Shown: positions 9,003-17,169 of the stretch, in pieces
How positions within the stretch are numbered: position 1 is the first letter of the stretch
Layout: the number at the start of each line of letters is the position of its first letter
Virus record (IMG/VR): IMGVR_UViG_3300037704_000085
Coordinates: 1 to 64,000 of that record
Origin: a virus
DNA: 64,000 nucleotides
Direction: 5' to 3' (one strand)
Program-made: the position numbers and the translations under genes
The notes under the pieces: model-generated
What the model saw: the letters and a program-made list of their open reading frames with translations, nothing else
Told to the model about the DNA's origin: nothing
The model's database searches: none

Positions 9003-9836
9003 ATGAGATTCGAAGACATGAACCCGCTTCAACAGCGCCTGCACAACGCAGCTATCGTGCTGGATGGCGACGGCGACGAACACGGCTACGCCGGCTTGCT
9101 GCGCGAGGCTATCGACCAGATCGAGGCCGGCAAGGCGAACACGGTAGGCAAGGCGCATTTCAACGGCTTCGCGCCGGAGAACTTGCCGCCGATCCTGATT
9201 TCCTGCGTTGCCAAGCTGTGGCCGGGATCGCGCGGGATGTTCTGGGAGCAGTGCATTGACAGGCTTCCGGGCCGTATCGCCGCGCTGATCGAAGAGATTG
9301 CGCCGAAGAAAAAGACGCCGGCCGCGCAATGGCGCGAGGATGGCGAGGCCGATCCGCACGGCGACCGCTACGACTGCGCCCGCGAGCAGCTTTGCATGGG
9401 CACGCTATCCGACGACGATCTGGCGAATGCGGCTTTCCTGAACTACGACCGCCGGCCATCGGTGCAAGAAATCATCGAAGGCAAGGCTTTATCGCCGATT
9501 GCCTACATGACGGCGGTCAAGGATCGCATTCGCTGGCTGTCGCGGCAGCTTGAGAAGGCGAAGGCCCCGGCTGGCAACGTCGAACTCGCCGGATGCTTCG
9601 TTTATCACAGCGAAAGCGGATGGCAACAAGTCGCCGAGATTTTCAACGGCGATCCAGACACGGTTCCGCTGTTCCGGATCGACGCCGCCGGCCGTCCGGT
9701 CGCCGAGGTTCAAGAAAAGATGCTCAAGGCCCTGAAGGCGGTCAAGGAACGCTTGGACCGCAACGGCATGTCGGGCCGGCAGCTTCCGGAATACAACCTG
9801 CTGGCCGATGCCATTGAGGCGGGAGAGGCGAAATGA
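9003..9836 (+). CDS. Modular hypothetical phage protein
   Basis: PAAQWREDGEADPHGDRYDC module; typical codon usage. Confidence 0.75.
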   Translation: MRFEDMNPLQQRLHNAAIVLDGDGDEHGYAGLLREAIDQIEAGKANTVGKAHFNGFAPENLPPILISCVAKLWPGSRGMFWEQCIDRLPGRIAALIEEIAPKKKTPAAQWREDGEADPHGDRYDCAREQLCMGTLSDDDLANAAFLNYDRRPSVQEIIEGKALSPIAYMTAVKDRIRWLSRQLEKAKAPAGNVELAGCFVYHSESGWQQVAEIFNGDPDTVPLFRIDAAGRPVAEVQEKMLKALKAVKERLDRNGMSGRQLPEYNLLADAIEAGEAK

Positions 9837-10060
9837 AAAAGAAGGACAATCGCACGCCGTACAAGCGCGAGGGCGACGGCTCGCCGACATCGCCGGTCGT
9901 CAAGGCCATGGCCGGCATCGCGTTCAATCCGAAGCCGACGCGCATGTTTCTCAACAAGCTGGACAGCCAGCACAACGACGACGCGGCCGAAGCAGCGGCC
10001 AAGGCCAAGCGGGAGAGTCGCGCGGCCAAGGTGCGGGCGCGTCTGGGGAGCCCGTCATGA
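9833..10060 (+). CDS. Small basic hypothetical protein
   Basis: ATGA overlaps at both ends. Confidence 0.65.
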   Translation: MKKKDNRTPYKREGDGSPTSPVVKAMAGIAFNPKPTRMFLNKLDSQHNDDAAEAAAKAKRESRAAKVRARLGSPS

Positions 10061-11406
10061 ACAAACTGATCAAAGCAGCAAGGGCGCTTATCGAGCGCTG
10101 GGAGACGCCGCTGTGGAAAGACGCCCCGGCGACGGCCGGCTTTATCCATGCGCTGCGCGATGCGGTGGCCGAGCATGAGGCATTTTCCGGTGAGCCGGTG
10201 GGCGTGATCACGCGCGGAGTCAGTGGCGCGACGGGCGTTTATTGGCACAAGCTGGACATGCCCCACGGCACAAAACTGTATGCCAATGCTGAAGGCGAAG
10301 GCATTCGCGCGCTGCTGACCGATTGGAAGACGGGCAAAATTAGCACCAACGACCTGCTGGGCACGCTGTTTTCGCGCTACGGCAGCAACCCGGTTTTGGG
10401 CGGCGATCCGGCGCGGATGTCTTGCCCGGCGTGCAAGGGTAGCGGCGATAGCGCGTCAGGACGGACGCCGTGCGGCGCATGCGAAGGCACGGGCGGCGTG
10501 TCGGCCCGTAGCCCCGCCACGGCAGACAAAGAACAGCAGCCGGAGCCGGTTGGCGAAGTGCAATGGCGAAATATCAAGCACGTTGTTCGAACCTTGGCCG
10601 ATTGGGCGTTTGGCTCGAAGGACGATCCTACATATGGGACTTGTTGGATTGCAGTGGTGAACGGCCTTACTGCGAAAGATGGCCCTGAGTTCAAACTTGA
10701 ACCGCTCTACACCCACTCCGCCCCTGCAGACAAAGACGGGGAGCGGCTGATTCGTGCCGTGCAAGCGTTTCGCAACCTCCCGATGCTTGGCAACTACCAC
10801 ACGTTGCGCGCAACGCCTGAATATGACGAGCTTTGCAACGCATGGGACGCTGCCGTTGATCGGGTCAGTAAGGCAGGGCTACGGAAGGCGGTCGATAGCG
10901 TTTGCCAGTCGATGGCAACCGAGACCGATCATTCCGGCGAACTCGCGCCGTTCAAGCCGCTGAACGCGGCCAGCAATCAGCGCGCGGACGGGTCGTACAG
11001 GGGCGAGCCGGCGAATGTTGAGGCTGATTACATTGCACGGCACACCACCGCGCCAATCGCGCCGGCCCCGGACAAGTGGTTTCCGCTGCTGGGCACCGGC
11101 CTTGCCATGAAGCGCTCGCTGCTGAATGAGCGGCAGGCGCAGTTGAACCACTCCCAGACGCTGGACGTGCTGGCGTCGCGCGGCGGCTTGTGCCCGGTCG
11201 AGGCGATGGCTGTCATGGAGTCGCGAAGCTACTCGAATAGGGATCAGGTTGTGGCACTGCGCGCCTTGATTGAGGCCAGCACGAATCGCGATGTTGATTC
11301 CTTGGCGCAGTTCATTCGGTCGATTAACGGCCGGAATTTGCTTGGCGCGGCCTCGCTGGCCGAGAAGATCATCGAGTGGCAGGACGGGCCTCGCCATGGC
11401 CGATAA
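10057..11406 (+). CDS. Mosaic Ead/Ea22-style protein with EPV...LY modules and CxxCxGxG zinc finger
   Basis: GEPVG...TKLYA; PEPVG...PLYTH; CPACKGSG/CGACEGTG; likely start ATG 10057. Confidence 0.75.
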   Translation: MNKLIKAARALIERWETPLWKDAPATAGFIHALRDAVAEHEAFSGEPVGVITRGVSGATGVYWHKLDMPHGTKLYANAEGEGIRALLTDWKTGKISTNDLLGTLFSRYGSNPVLGGDPARMSCPACKGSGDSASGRTPCGACEGTGGVSARSPATADKEQQPEPVGEVQWRNIKHVVRTLADWAFGSKDDPTYGTCWIAVVNGLTAKDGPEFKLEPLYTHSAPADKDGERLIRAVQAFRNLPMLGNYHTLRATPEYDELCNAWDAAVDRVSKAGLRKAVDSVCQSMATETDHSGELAPFKPLNAASNQRADGSYRGEPANVEADYIARHTTAPIAPAPDKWFPLLGTGLAMKRSLLNERQAQLNHSQTLDVLASRGGLCPVEAMAVMESRSYSNRDQVVALRALIEASTNRDVDSLAQFIRSINGRNLLGAASLAEKIIEWQDGPRHGR

Positions 11407-11614
11407 ATACTTTGCGACCGCGACTGTTCAAGTGACTTTGGAGATAACGGTGAAAGACACATGGGGCAAGGACTGCCCGATTTCTCAGGTGTATCGGCAG
11501 GGTGCGGAGTCGGCGATTGGCTCGCTGGGCTACGCGCTCCGGCAAAGCGGCATCAAGGCCAAGATCATCGGCACGCCGCAAGTGTCGGCCGTGGTGGCGA
11601 AAGGCTTCGAGTGA
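11396..11614 (+). CDS. Hypothetical protein
   Basis: Coupled start and stop. Confidence 0.65.
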   Translation: MADKYFATATVQVTLEITVKDTWGKDCPISQVYRQGAESAIGSLGYALRQSGIKAKIIGTPQVSAVVAKGFE

Positions 11615-11871
11615 TGCCGTTCCTGACCGATCAACAGGTGCGCGCGGCGCTGGCCGAGAATGGCATGGTGCCGCACGCCGACAGCAAGCTGATGATGGAC
11701 CACTACAGCAAGATGGCCGACAGCTTCATCCGGGCCTATCTCGGCGAGGCCAAGCCGTCGCCGGTCTTCGCGGTTGATCCGCCGAAGTTCATCGAACACT
11801 CAAGCGCCAATTTGCCACCGCCAACGGCGAAGAAGGCCGCGCCGCCGATAATTGGAGACCTGTTCGCATGA
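11614..11871 (+). CDS. Hypothetical protein
   Basis: TGATG coupling; ends GDLFA. Confidence 0.65.
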   Translation: MPFLTDQQVRAALAENGMVPHADSKLMMDHYSKMADSFIRAYLGEAKPSPVFAVDPPKFIEHSSANLPPPTAKKAAPPIIGDLFA

Positions 11872-11882
11872 GCGAGCCGACC

Positions 11883-11953
11883 ACGGAACGCCGAATTAAC
11901 AGGCGCGAGCGGCGCTGTTGCCGCGAAGCGTCCGGTTGAATGACGTGTTATGC
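11883..11953 (-). mobile_element. Integron attC site
   Basis: Minus strand: R'' GCATAAC, ACGTC, L'' ATTCAACC, GGACGC...GCGCC, L' TGTTAAT, TCGGC, R' GTT; both canonical extrahelical bases present. Confidence 0.88.
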
Positions 11954-12218
11954 AACTTGCAAAAATAATTGAGTAACGCCACTTGGAGGCCAAAAGCATG
12001 GCAACGAAATACCCGCAGTACCAGATTGGGCAGTGGATCGACACCAGCGAGGAAGCGATGAACAAGCCGCAAGCGACGATCCTTTACGGAGTGCAGATCA
12101 GACCGGAGAAAGGCGCGAAGTGGCGGCACTGCTGCCGTGATAACGAGCCGCTGATTTTCGACACGGTGGAAAAGGCCAGCGCGGCGATTGCAGAACTGAA
12201 GGCGCTCCCGTTGCATAA
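11889..12218 (-). mobile_element. Single 330-bp integron gene cassette, ORF antiparallel to attC
   Basis: G|TTATGCAAC at 12219-12210 (minus) is the perfect complement of the R'' end (+ strand GTTATGCAAC 11947-11956 vs GTTGCATAAC 12210-12219). Confidence 0.82.
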
Positions 12219-12228
12219 CGCGAAGTAG
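11998..12228 (+). CDS. 76-aa cassette-borne hypothetical protein
   Basis: GGAGG RBS; reads through the cassette boundary (...LHNAK*). Confidence 0.75.
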   Translation: MATKYPQYQIGQWIDTSEEAMNKPQATILYGVQIRPEKGAKWRHCCRDNEPLIFDTVEKASAAIAELKALPLHNAK

Positions 12229-12273
12229 GCCCACAAACCGGCGTATATCTCAACAAACGGGACTGTAAAAACA

Positions 12274-12441
12274 ATGAACCGCGCATTCCAGATCGCCAAG
12301 CACGTCGCGTCGCAGCTTCGCCAGTGGCCGTTCCGCGACCGCGCCGTAGTCGAGCGCGAAGTGACCAAGGCCATCGACAGCGGCAACGCGTGGCTGTTTT
12401 ACGAACCGAAGCAATTGGAACTATTCGAATGCCCAAAATGA
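12274..12441 (+). CDS. 55-aa hypothetical protein (not in ORF track)
   Basis: MNRAFQIAKH...QLELFECPK; high-GC3 codons; ATGA overlap with next gene. Confidence 0.6.
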   Translation: MNRAFQIAKHVASQLRQWPFRDRAVVEREVTKAIDSGNAWLFYEPKQLELFECPK

Positions 12442-12638
12442 AGCCCAACGAAAAGCCGGCGAACGTCGCCGCCCGGCTCGCCAAGTCGCACGACAAAAAG
12501 CTGCTGGCCGGCGAGGTCCGCGTCACTGTCTGGCTGAAGAAAGACGCGGCCAAGGTGCTGAAGAAGGAAGTAGCGAAGGGCGCAACCGTGCGCGATGTCA
12601 TCAGTGAGGCACTTATCGAGAAGGGGAGTCGAAAATGA
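12438..12638 (+). CDS. Putative ribbon-helix-helix DNA-binding protein
   Basis: RVTVWL strand then two helices (DAAKVLKK, TVRDVISEAL). Confidence 0.55.
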   Translation: MKPNEKPANVAARLAKSHDKKLLAGEVRVTVWLKKDAAKVLKKEVAKGATVRDVISEALIEKGSRK

Positions 12639-13009
12639 AAACCACTATTGCGGCCGTCGTTATCGCGGCCATCGTCATGCTGGCATCGTGCGTTGCGCAC
12701 GCCGGAGACATCGGCGTCTACGGCAACCAGTTCGAGGGCTTTATCTACTTCACCGACGACCGGGGCGCGTGCAAGAACAGCATGCAGACCCGGCTTGACG
12801 CGGCGGACGGCCGGAAGTTTTACGGCTGCTGGCGTCCGGTGCCCGGCGGCGTGCGCTTCCGTTGGGATGGCGAGTCAGCCGACAAAGAGAAATTCTTGGC
12901 CGACGCGAACATCGGCGCAACCGAATACGGCGAGGCCGTCGCGAACGCGGCGCAGCAAGACGAAATCGACCGCAAATACCGGACGAACCGGAAAGCCCGA
13001 GCGCAGTAG
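12635..13009 (+). CDS. Exported protein with signal peptide
   Basis: MKTTIAAVVIAAIVMLASCVAHA-GD; two mature Cys. Confidence 0.7.
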   Translation: MKTTIAAVVIAAIVMLASCVAHAGDIGVYGNQFEGFIYFTDDRGACKNSMQTRLDAADGRKFYGCWRPVPGGVRFRWDGESADKEKFLADANIGATEYGEAVANAAQQDEIDRKYRTNRKARAQ

Positions 13010-13030
13010 CGGCGCGCGTTGTGCCATTAT
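12989..13030 (+). promoter_or_regulatory. Putative late promoter
   Basis: CGGAAAGC 12989 and CATTAT 13025 (+36), same spacing as four other sites. Confidence 0.65.
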
Positions 13031-13036
13031 TCTGGC

Positions 13037-13318
13037 ATGCTATCCACGTCAAAATTCTACCGGGAAGTTCGCCGATTCTGCGTTCAAGCGCCGGTCTGGT
13101 CGAGCGATGTTGTTCGCCATGAAGTGCTGCCCGACGAGCGGTTCGACCTGTCGCTGGTGGCCTACCGCGTCTATGGCTCGCGCAACGAGTTCCATGCGGT
13201 GATGGCGGCGGCGGGAATTGACCGCTACGACCGCCCGCTGGAGCAGCAGACGATTGTCCTGCCGTCGCGGTCGATGCTGGAGCAGATCAAGGCCGCGACC
13301 GGCTTCAAGAGCGCATGA
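13037..13318 (+). CDS. Baseplate LysM/gpX/gp53-type protein (P1 gp26-like)
   Basis: DLSLVAYRVYGS...VMAAAG...IVLP; precedes gp25-like gene as in P1. Confidence 0.65.
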   Translation: MLSTSKFYREVRRFCVQAPVWSSDVVRHEVLPDERFDLSLVAYRVYGSRNEFHAVMAAAGIDRYDRPLEQQTIVLPSRSMLEQIKAATGFKSA

Positions 13319-14109
13319 AAAAGAATACCTGCGGGGTCTATCAGATCACCGCGCCATCTGGCAACTTCTATATCGGATCGTCGTTCTGCATGCGAAGCCG
13401 ATGGTCGGGGCATCGCGTCGATCTTCGCAAGGGTTCGCACCATTGCGCGGCGCTTCAACACGCCTCAAACAAACACGGTATCGACAGTCTTAGGTTTAGC
13501 ATCCTGCTGGTCTGTGACCGCGACAATGCGCGCTTCTACGAACAGCTTGCCATTGACGCATTCCAGCCGGAATACAACTCAACCGACAGTACGCGCGAGC
13601 CGCTGAGCGGGCTTTGGCAAGACCCGGAGTTCCGGAAGGCTGGCGTCGACAGGTGTCGCGAGCAGGCGATTCAGTGGCGCAAAAGCCCTGAGTGGGTGGC
13701 TAACCAGAAGGCCGGTGCCGGCGCGGCGCTCGCAAGGCTGCATACAAACCCAGAGTTTAAGAAAGCCCATGCGGAGCGAATTCGAGAGAGGATCATCCGA
13801 GTCAATGAAACGCCCGGCATTCGAGCCAAGGCGGACGAGACTCGGCGCACAAGGATGGCGGAAGACAAGGCCGATCCAGAGCGTTGGGCGGCGCGCAATG
13901 CCAAAATTCGCGAGCTTCTCGAAACCCCTGTTCTGTGTGTCGAGACCGGGGCGGTTTTCAAGAGCCAGAAGGAGGCCGGCAACTGGCTGAACGTCGAACA
14001 CGGGTTCAAGTCGTCCGGGCATATCAATAACAACCTGAAGGGCCGCTGCAAGCAGGCTTACGGCTTCACTTGGCAGTATGCGGAGGTCAGCAATGCCGAA
14101 CATCGATAA
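13315..14109 (+). CDS. Free-standing GIY-YIG homing endonuclease with C-terminal NUMOD1-type HTH
   Basis: CGVYQI...FYIGSS, EQLAID, PEYN; PVLCVETGAVFKSQKEA...AYGFTWQY. Confidence 0.88.
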   Translation: MKKNTCGVYQITAPSGNFYIGSSFCMRSRWSGHRVDLRKGSHHCAALQHASNKHGIDSLRFSILLVCDRDNARFYEQLAIDAFQPEYNSTDSTREPLSGLWQDPEFRKAGVDRCREQAIQWRKSPEWVANQKAGAGAALARLHTNPEFKKAHAERIRERIIRVNETPGIRAKADETRRTRMAEDKADPERWAARNAKIRELLETPVLCVETGAVFKSQKEAGNWLNVEHGFKSSGHINNNLKGRCKQAYGFTWQYAEVSNAEHR

Positions 14110-15121
14110 CCGGCAAGGCGCGTTGCGCGCTGCTGATGCGCGGCGCGAAGCCAAGCTTGAAACAAAGCGACAAGAGGCCGTCCGAGCGGCAGCGGCAACG
14201 ATCCTAAACCCCGACGAAGTGGCCGGGGACTACGACGCCAAGCGGATGTTGATGACAACGCTTGGCGGGAGAGTTCGCCCGCTGACGAATGAAGACCTTC
14301 GGCAGTTTCAACACAACATTCGTCAGGCCAAGAAGAAATATAAGGGCGGAATTTCTGCGAAGCAGGCTATCGACCTATCACTGCCAGAGGACAGGAAGAG
14401 AGCGGCCGAGGAAATCAAAAACGCTTTGCCGGTTTCTTCTCAGGCTGGCGTGGTGCATTTCCAGACCAACGCAGGGCCGAAGTCTGACAAGCAGCGCCAC
14501 CACGTCTACGTGCAGTTTTTGAACTTTGAGGCAGCGGTGTCGAGCCCAAAACATGCCGACAAGATCGTTCAGGAACTGATCGACGGGAAGTTGAAATTTG
14601 ACTGCGATTGTGGACGCCACCGTTTTTGGCACAGATTTACGGCCACCATCGGGCAGTGGAACTATCGCCTTGCCGAGCAGGGATTCCCCCGTGTACGAAA
14701 TCCGGGGTTGCATGGCGTCGCGTGCAAACACGTTCTGCGCGTGATGACAATGGTTCGCCAGTCGCCAACGATCAAAGGCTATCTCACCCGCATGATCGAC
14801 GCCGCGCGGGCCAAGCTGGACCGCAAACGCGAGGATGTCGCCGTGTCCGAGGTCAAGGACTTGGCCGAGAAGTTGAAGGCCGAGAGCCATCGCCAGCGCC
14901 GCGTCGCGACGACGGACGAGAAGCGCCGCGAGCGCGAGCGCTGGGCCAAGTCGAAGCCGGTTCAGGACATGAAGGCGGCGGTCTCCACCAAGGTCAAGAG
15001 CAAGGCCGTCAAGGTGGCGGCGAAGGCGGTCGAGGCGAACATTCAAAAGATGCTGTCCATGGGCGCGCTGACCAAGGCGCAAGCCGCTACCATGCTGGCG
15101 GCAATGAAGGGCGTGAAGTAA
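14093..15121 (+). CDS. SWIM-type zinc-finger tail protein (P1 gp25-like)
   Basis: FDCDCGRHRFW...RNPGLHGVACKHVLRVM; GGAGG RBS. Confidence 0.75.
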   Translation: MPNIDNRQGALRAADARREAKLETKRQEAVRAAAATILNPDEVAGDYDAKRMLMTTLGGRVRPLTNEDLRQFQHNIRQAKKKYKGGISAKQAIDLSLPEDRKRAAEEIKNALPVSSQAGVVHFQTNAGPKSDKQRHHVYVQFLNFEAAVSSPKHADKIVQELIDGKLKFDCDCGRHRFWHRFTATIGQWNYRLAEQGFPRVRNPGLHGVACKHVLRVMTMVRQSPTIKGYLTRMIDAARAKLDRKREDVAVSEVKDLAEKLKAESHRQRRVATTDEKRRERERWAKSKPVQDMKAAVSTKVKSKAVKVAAKAVEANIQKMLSMGALTKAQAATMLAAMKGVK

Positions 15122-15762
15122 TGGACTACTACGGCTACCGAAGCATCCTTGATTCGCTGGCGAAAGGCATCAAGCGTTTGCCGAGCCGCAACGTCGCCGA
15201 TTACACCGTCGAGTCGATGGGTAGCGCTGGGCACAACGTCATTTATCGCGGCCAAGTGGTGGGTGTAATCAAGCAAGGCAAGGCCAAGGACGCGGTGGCG
15301 GCATTGCTGGCCGAGCAGGATGCGATTGACCGGGAGCGTGACGCCAAGAAAACCAAAGCGGCCGAGGCCAAGCCGGCGAGCGACGCCAAGCGGCGCGATG
15401 CGGACATGCTCAAAGCGGCGATGGCCGGCAACAAGGCGTTGATCGCCAATGCCCACAAGGCCGTCAAGCTGGCATTCAAGCCGCTGTCGCTGGCCGACTT
15501 CCGCGCCAAGGAAACGCTCCTGATTCATGCATCGAAGGGCTACGGCCGGCGGTCCGGGTCGGAATATCGACTGGTGGCGATCAACGGCGAGCCGGCCTAC
15601 GCCCGTGAGTCAGACCATTGGGGCAAGTTCCACACGTCCGATTTTGTCGATGGCGAGCAGGTCAGCAAGGATTACGAATGGATGCTGTCCGGCGTGACCA
15701 CGAAATACGGCGAAGGCATCCGCTATGCCGGATACATTCTGCTGAAAGATTTGAAAGGCTGA
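15121..15762 (+). CDS. Hypothetical late protein, candidate internal head protein
   Basis: TAATG coupling; leader MDYYGYRSILD-S. Confidence 0.7.
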   Translation: MDYYGYRSILDSLAKGIKRLPSRNVADYTVESMGSAGHNVIYRGQVVGVIKQGKAKDAVAALLAEQDAIDRERDAKKTKAAEAKPASDAKRRDADMLKAAMAGNKALIANAHKAVKLAFKPLSLADFRAKETLLIHASKGYGRRSGSEYRLVAINGEPAYARESDHWGKFHTSDFVDGEQVSKDYEWMLSGVTTKYGEGIRYAGYILLKDLKG

Positions 15763-15763
15763 C

Positions 15764-16258
15764 ATGCTCAATAACGTACCGACCCAGATCAACCGCAGCG
15801 CCCGGCTGGTGACGCTGCGCCATCCGAACGCGATGGATTGCACGGTGTTCCGCAAGCAGATCAACCGCACGGCCGCAACCAGCATGGGCGGCATGCCGAC
15901 CATCGGCGGCTTGGGCGTGATCGACAGCGAGGACGAGGCCGATTACACGTATGTCGAACTCGGCGACGCCAAGATCGTGTTCACCGGCCAATTTCAGACG
16001 CAGGGCAACAACTTTGTCGAGGACGAGAGCGGGCTGAACTACGCGGAGTCGCCGATTGAGGCGCTGGTGGAATGCGTGCTGGACCCGGCAGCGCAGGGCT
16101 ACTTCGTGCTGACCAGCAAAGACATGGTGATGGTCGAGCCCGGCGGCGGCTTCGCGCTGGCGTATGAAGTGGCTGGCGAAACAGGATCGGTCAACATCCC
16201 GCCCTACACCAAGAAATTCCTTCTTTCCCCGCGTCAAGACGCGAACGTCGGTATCTGA
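15764..16258 (+). CDS. Virion structural protein (possibly P1 gp7-like)
   Basis: Acidic beta-rich protein; HPNAMDCTVFRK; synteny after gp25-like. Confidence 0.55.
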   Translation: MLNNVPTQINRSARLVTLRHPNAMDCTVFRKQINRTAATSMGGMPTIGGLGVIDSEDEADYTYVELGDAKIVFTGQFQTQGNNFVEDESGLNYAESPIEALVECVLDPAAQGYFVLTSKDMVMVEPGGGFALAYEVAGETGSVNIPPYTKKFLLSPRQDANVGI

Positions 16259-16268
16259 GGCCCAGACC

Positions 16269-16652
16269 ATGAGCAACTACTACGGAACCCGCGCCATCGT
16301 GTTGGACGCCGCCGACATGAGCGCCAAGGCAACCAGCGCAGCAGCGAAGCGCGCGGCAAGGCGCGACCGGATCGCCGGCAACGTCGCCAGCGTCGCCGCG
16401 CTGAACGGCAAAGAGAAGCCAGATTACGCCGCGAACCTCGCGTTCTTTCTTCAGGACGTTGCCGGCAACATTCACGGCCAATGGCACGGCCCGATGTCGG
16501 CAGACGACCAGAAGCTACTTTTCGGGCGATTTCTGGGCAAGGGCACGATTCATATCGACGGCCAAGCCGAGCGGCTGGAACACAGCAAGAAAGTCGGCTT
16601 CGGGCAGGACTACGAAGTGACGGCCAACCTTAAGTGGTCCGAATTGAAGTGA
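16269..16652 (+). CDS. Hypothetical late protein, candidate internal head protein
   Basis: GAGG RBS; leader MSNYYGTRAIVLD-A. Confidence 0.7.
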   Translation: MSNYYGTRAIVLDAADMSAKATSAAAKRAARRDRIAGNVASVAALNGKEKPDYAANLAFFLQDVAGNIHGQWHGPMSADDQKLLFGRFLGKGTIHIDGQAERLEHSKKVGFGQDYEVTANLKWSELK

Positions 16653-16885
16653 CGCGCTACGCGAACAAAAAGACCGGCCACGACTACCTGACCGTCGCGC
16701 TCGTCTACAACGCGACCAATGCGCAGGACGGTGAGCGCATGGTGCTTTACACCCGGAACCGTTGCTGGATCGATGCCGCGATTGTCTTCGTTGCGCGCCA
16801 AGTGCTGCGCCTGATCCCCGCGTGTTATGTCCGCGAGCGCCTTGAGTTTCACGAAAAGTTTCTGCCAATCGACAAAAAAGATTGA
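16649..16885 (+). CDS. DUF1653-like small protein
   Basis: GHDY...NATNAQDGERMVLY...YVRERLEFHEKF. Confidence 0.55.
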   Translation: MTRYANKKTGHDYLTVALVYNATNAQDGERMVLYTRNRCWIDAAIVFVARQVLRLIPACYVRERLEFHEKFLPIDKKD

Positions 16886-16911
16886 CAGGATCAAATAACG
16901 GTTGCTAAAGT
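16882..16911 (+). promoter_or_regulatory. Early sigma70-type promoter, class B
   Basis: TTGACA, 18 bp, TAAAGT; ATAACGGTTGCTAAA 16895-16909. Confidence 0.8.
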
Positions 16912-16941
16912 GTAGTCACACCAACCAACCGGGAGTGAAGC

Positions 16942-17169
16942 ATGGCAACAGGTACTCAAGTCCGCAGCATCGGACAGGTCAATTCGGCGCTCAAGGCGCG
17001 CAAGATCGACATGGAACTGGTCAAGGGCAAGGACTATTTCTACTTCGTCGGCGACGACGTGGATTTGTCGGCCGATGGCACGTCGGTTTATGTCCCGCGC
17101 GTGTCGGACCTGTCGCTGGAGCAGTGGATTGACGAAGCCATCGATAAGAAGGTCAAGGCCGCATCATGA
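16942..17169 (+). CDS. Hypothetical protein
   Basis: GGGAG RBS after promoter. Confidence 0.75.
   Translation: MATGTQVRSIGQVNSALKARKIDMELVKGKDYFYFVGDDVDLSADGTSVYVPRVSDLSLEQWIDEAIDKKVKAAS

Noticed and set aside
9808-10056. Long N-terminal extensions in the ORF track (also 14608, 38179, 22900, 23594, 25398)
   Set aside because: They overlap upstream genes; coupled starts or RBS indicate later starts
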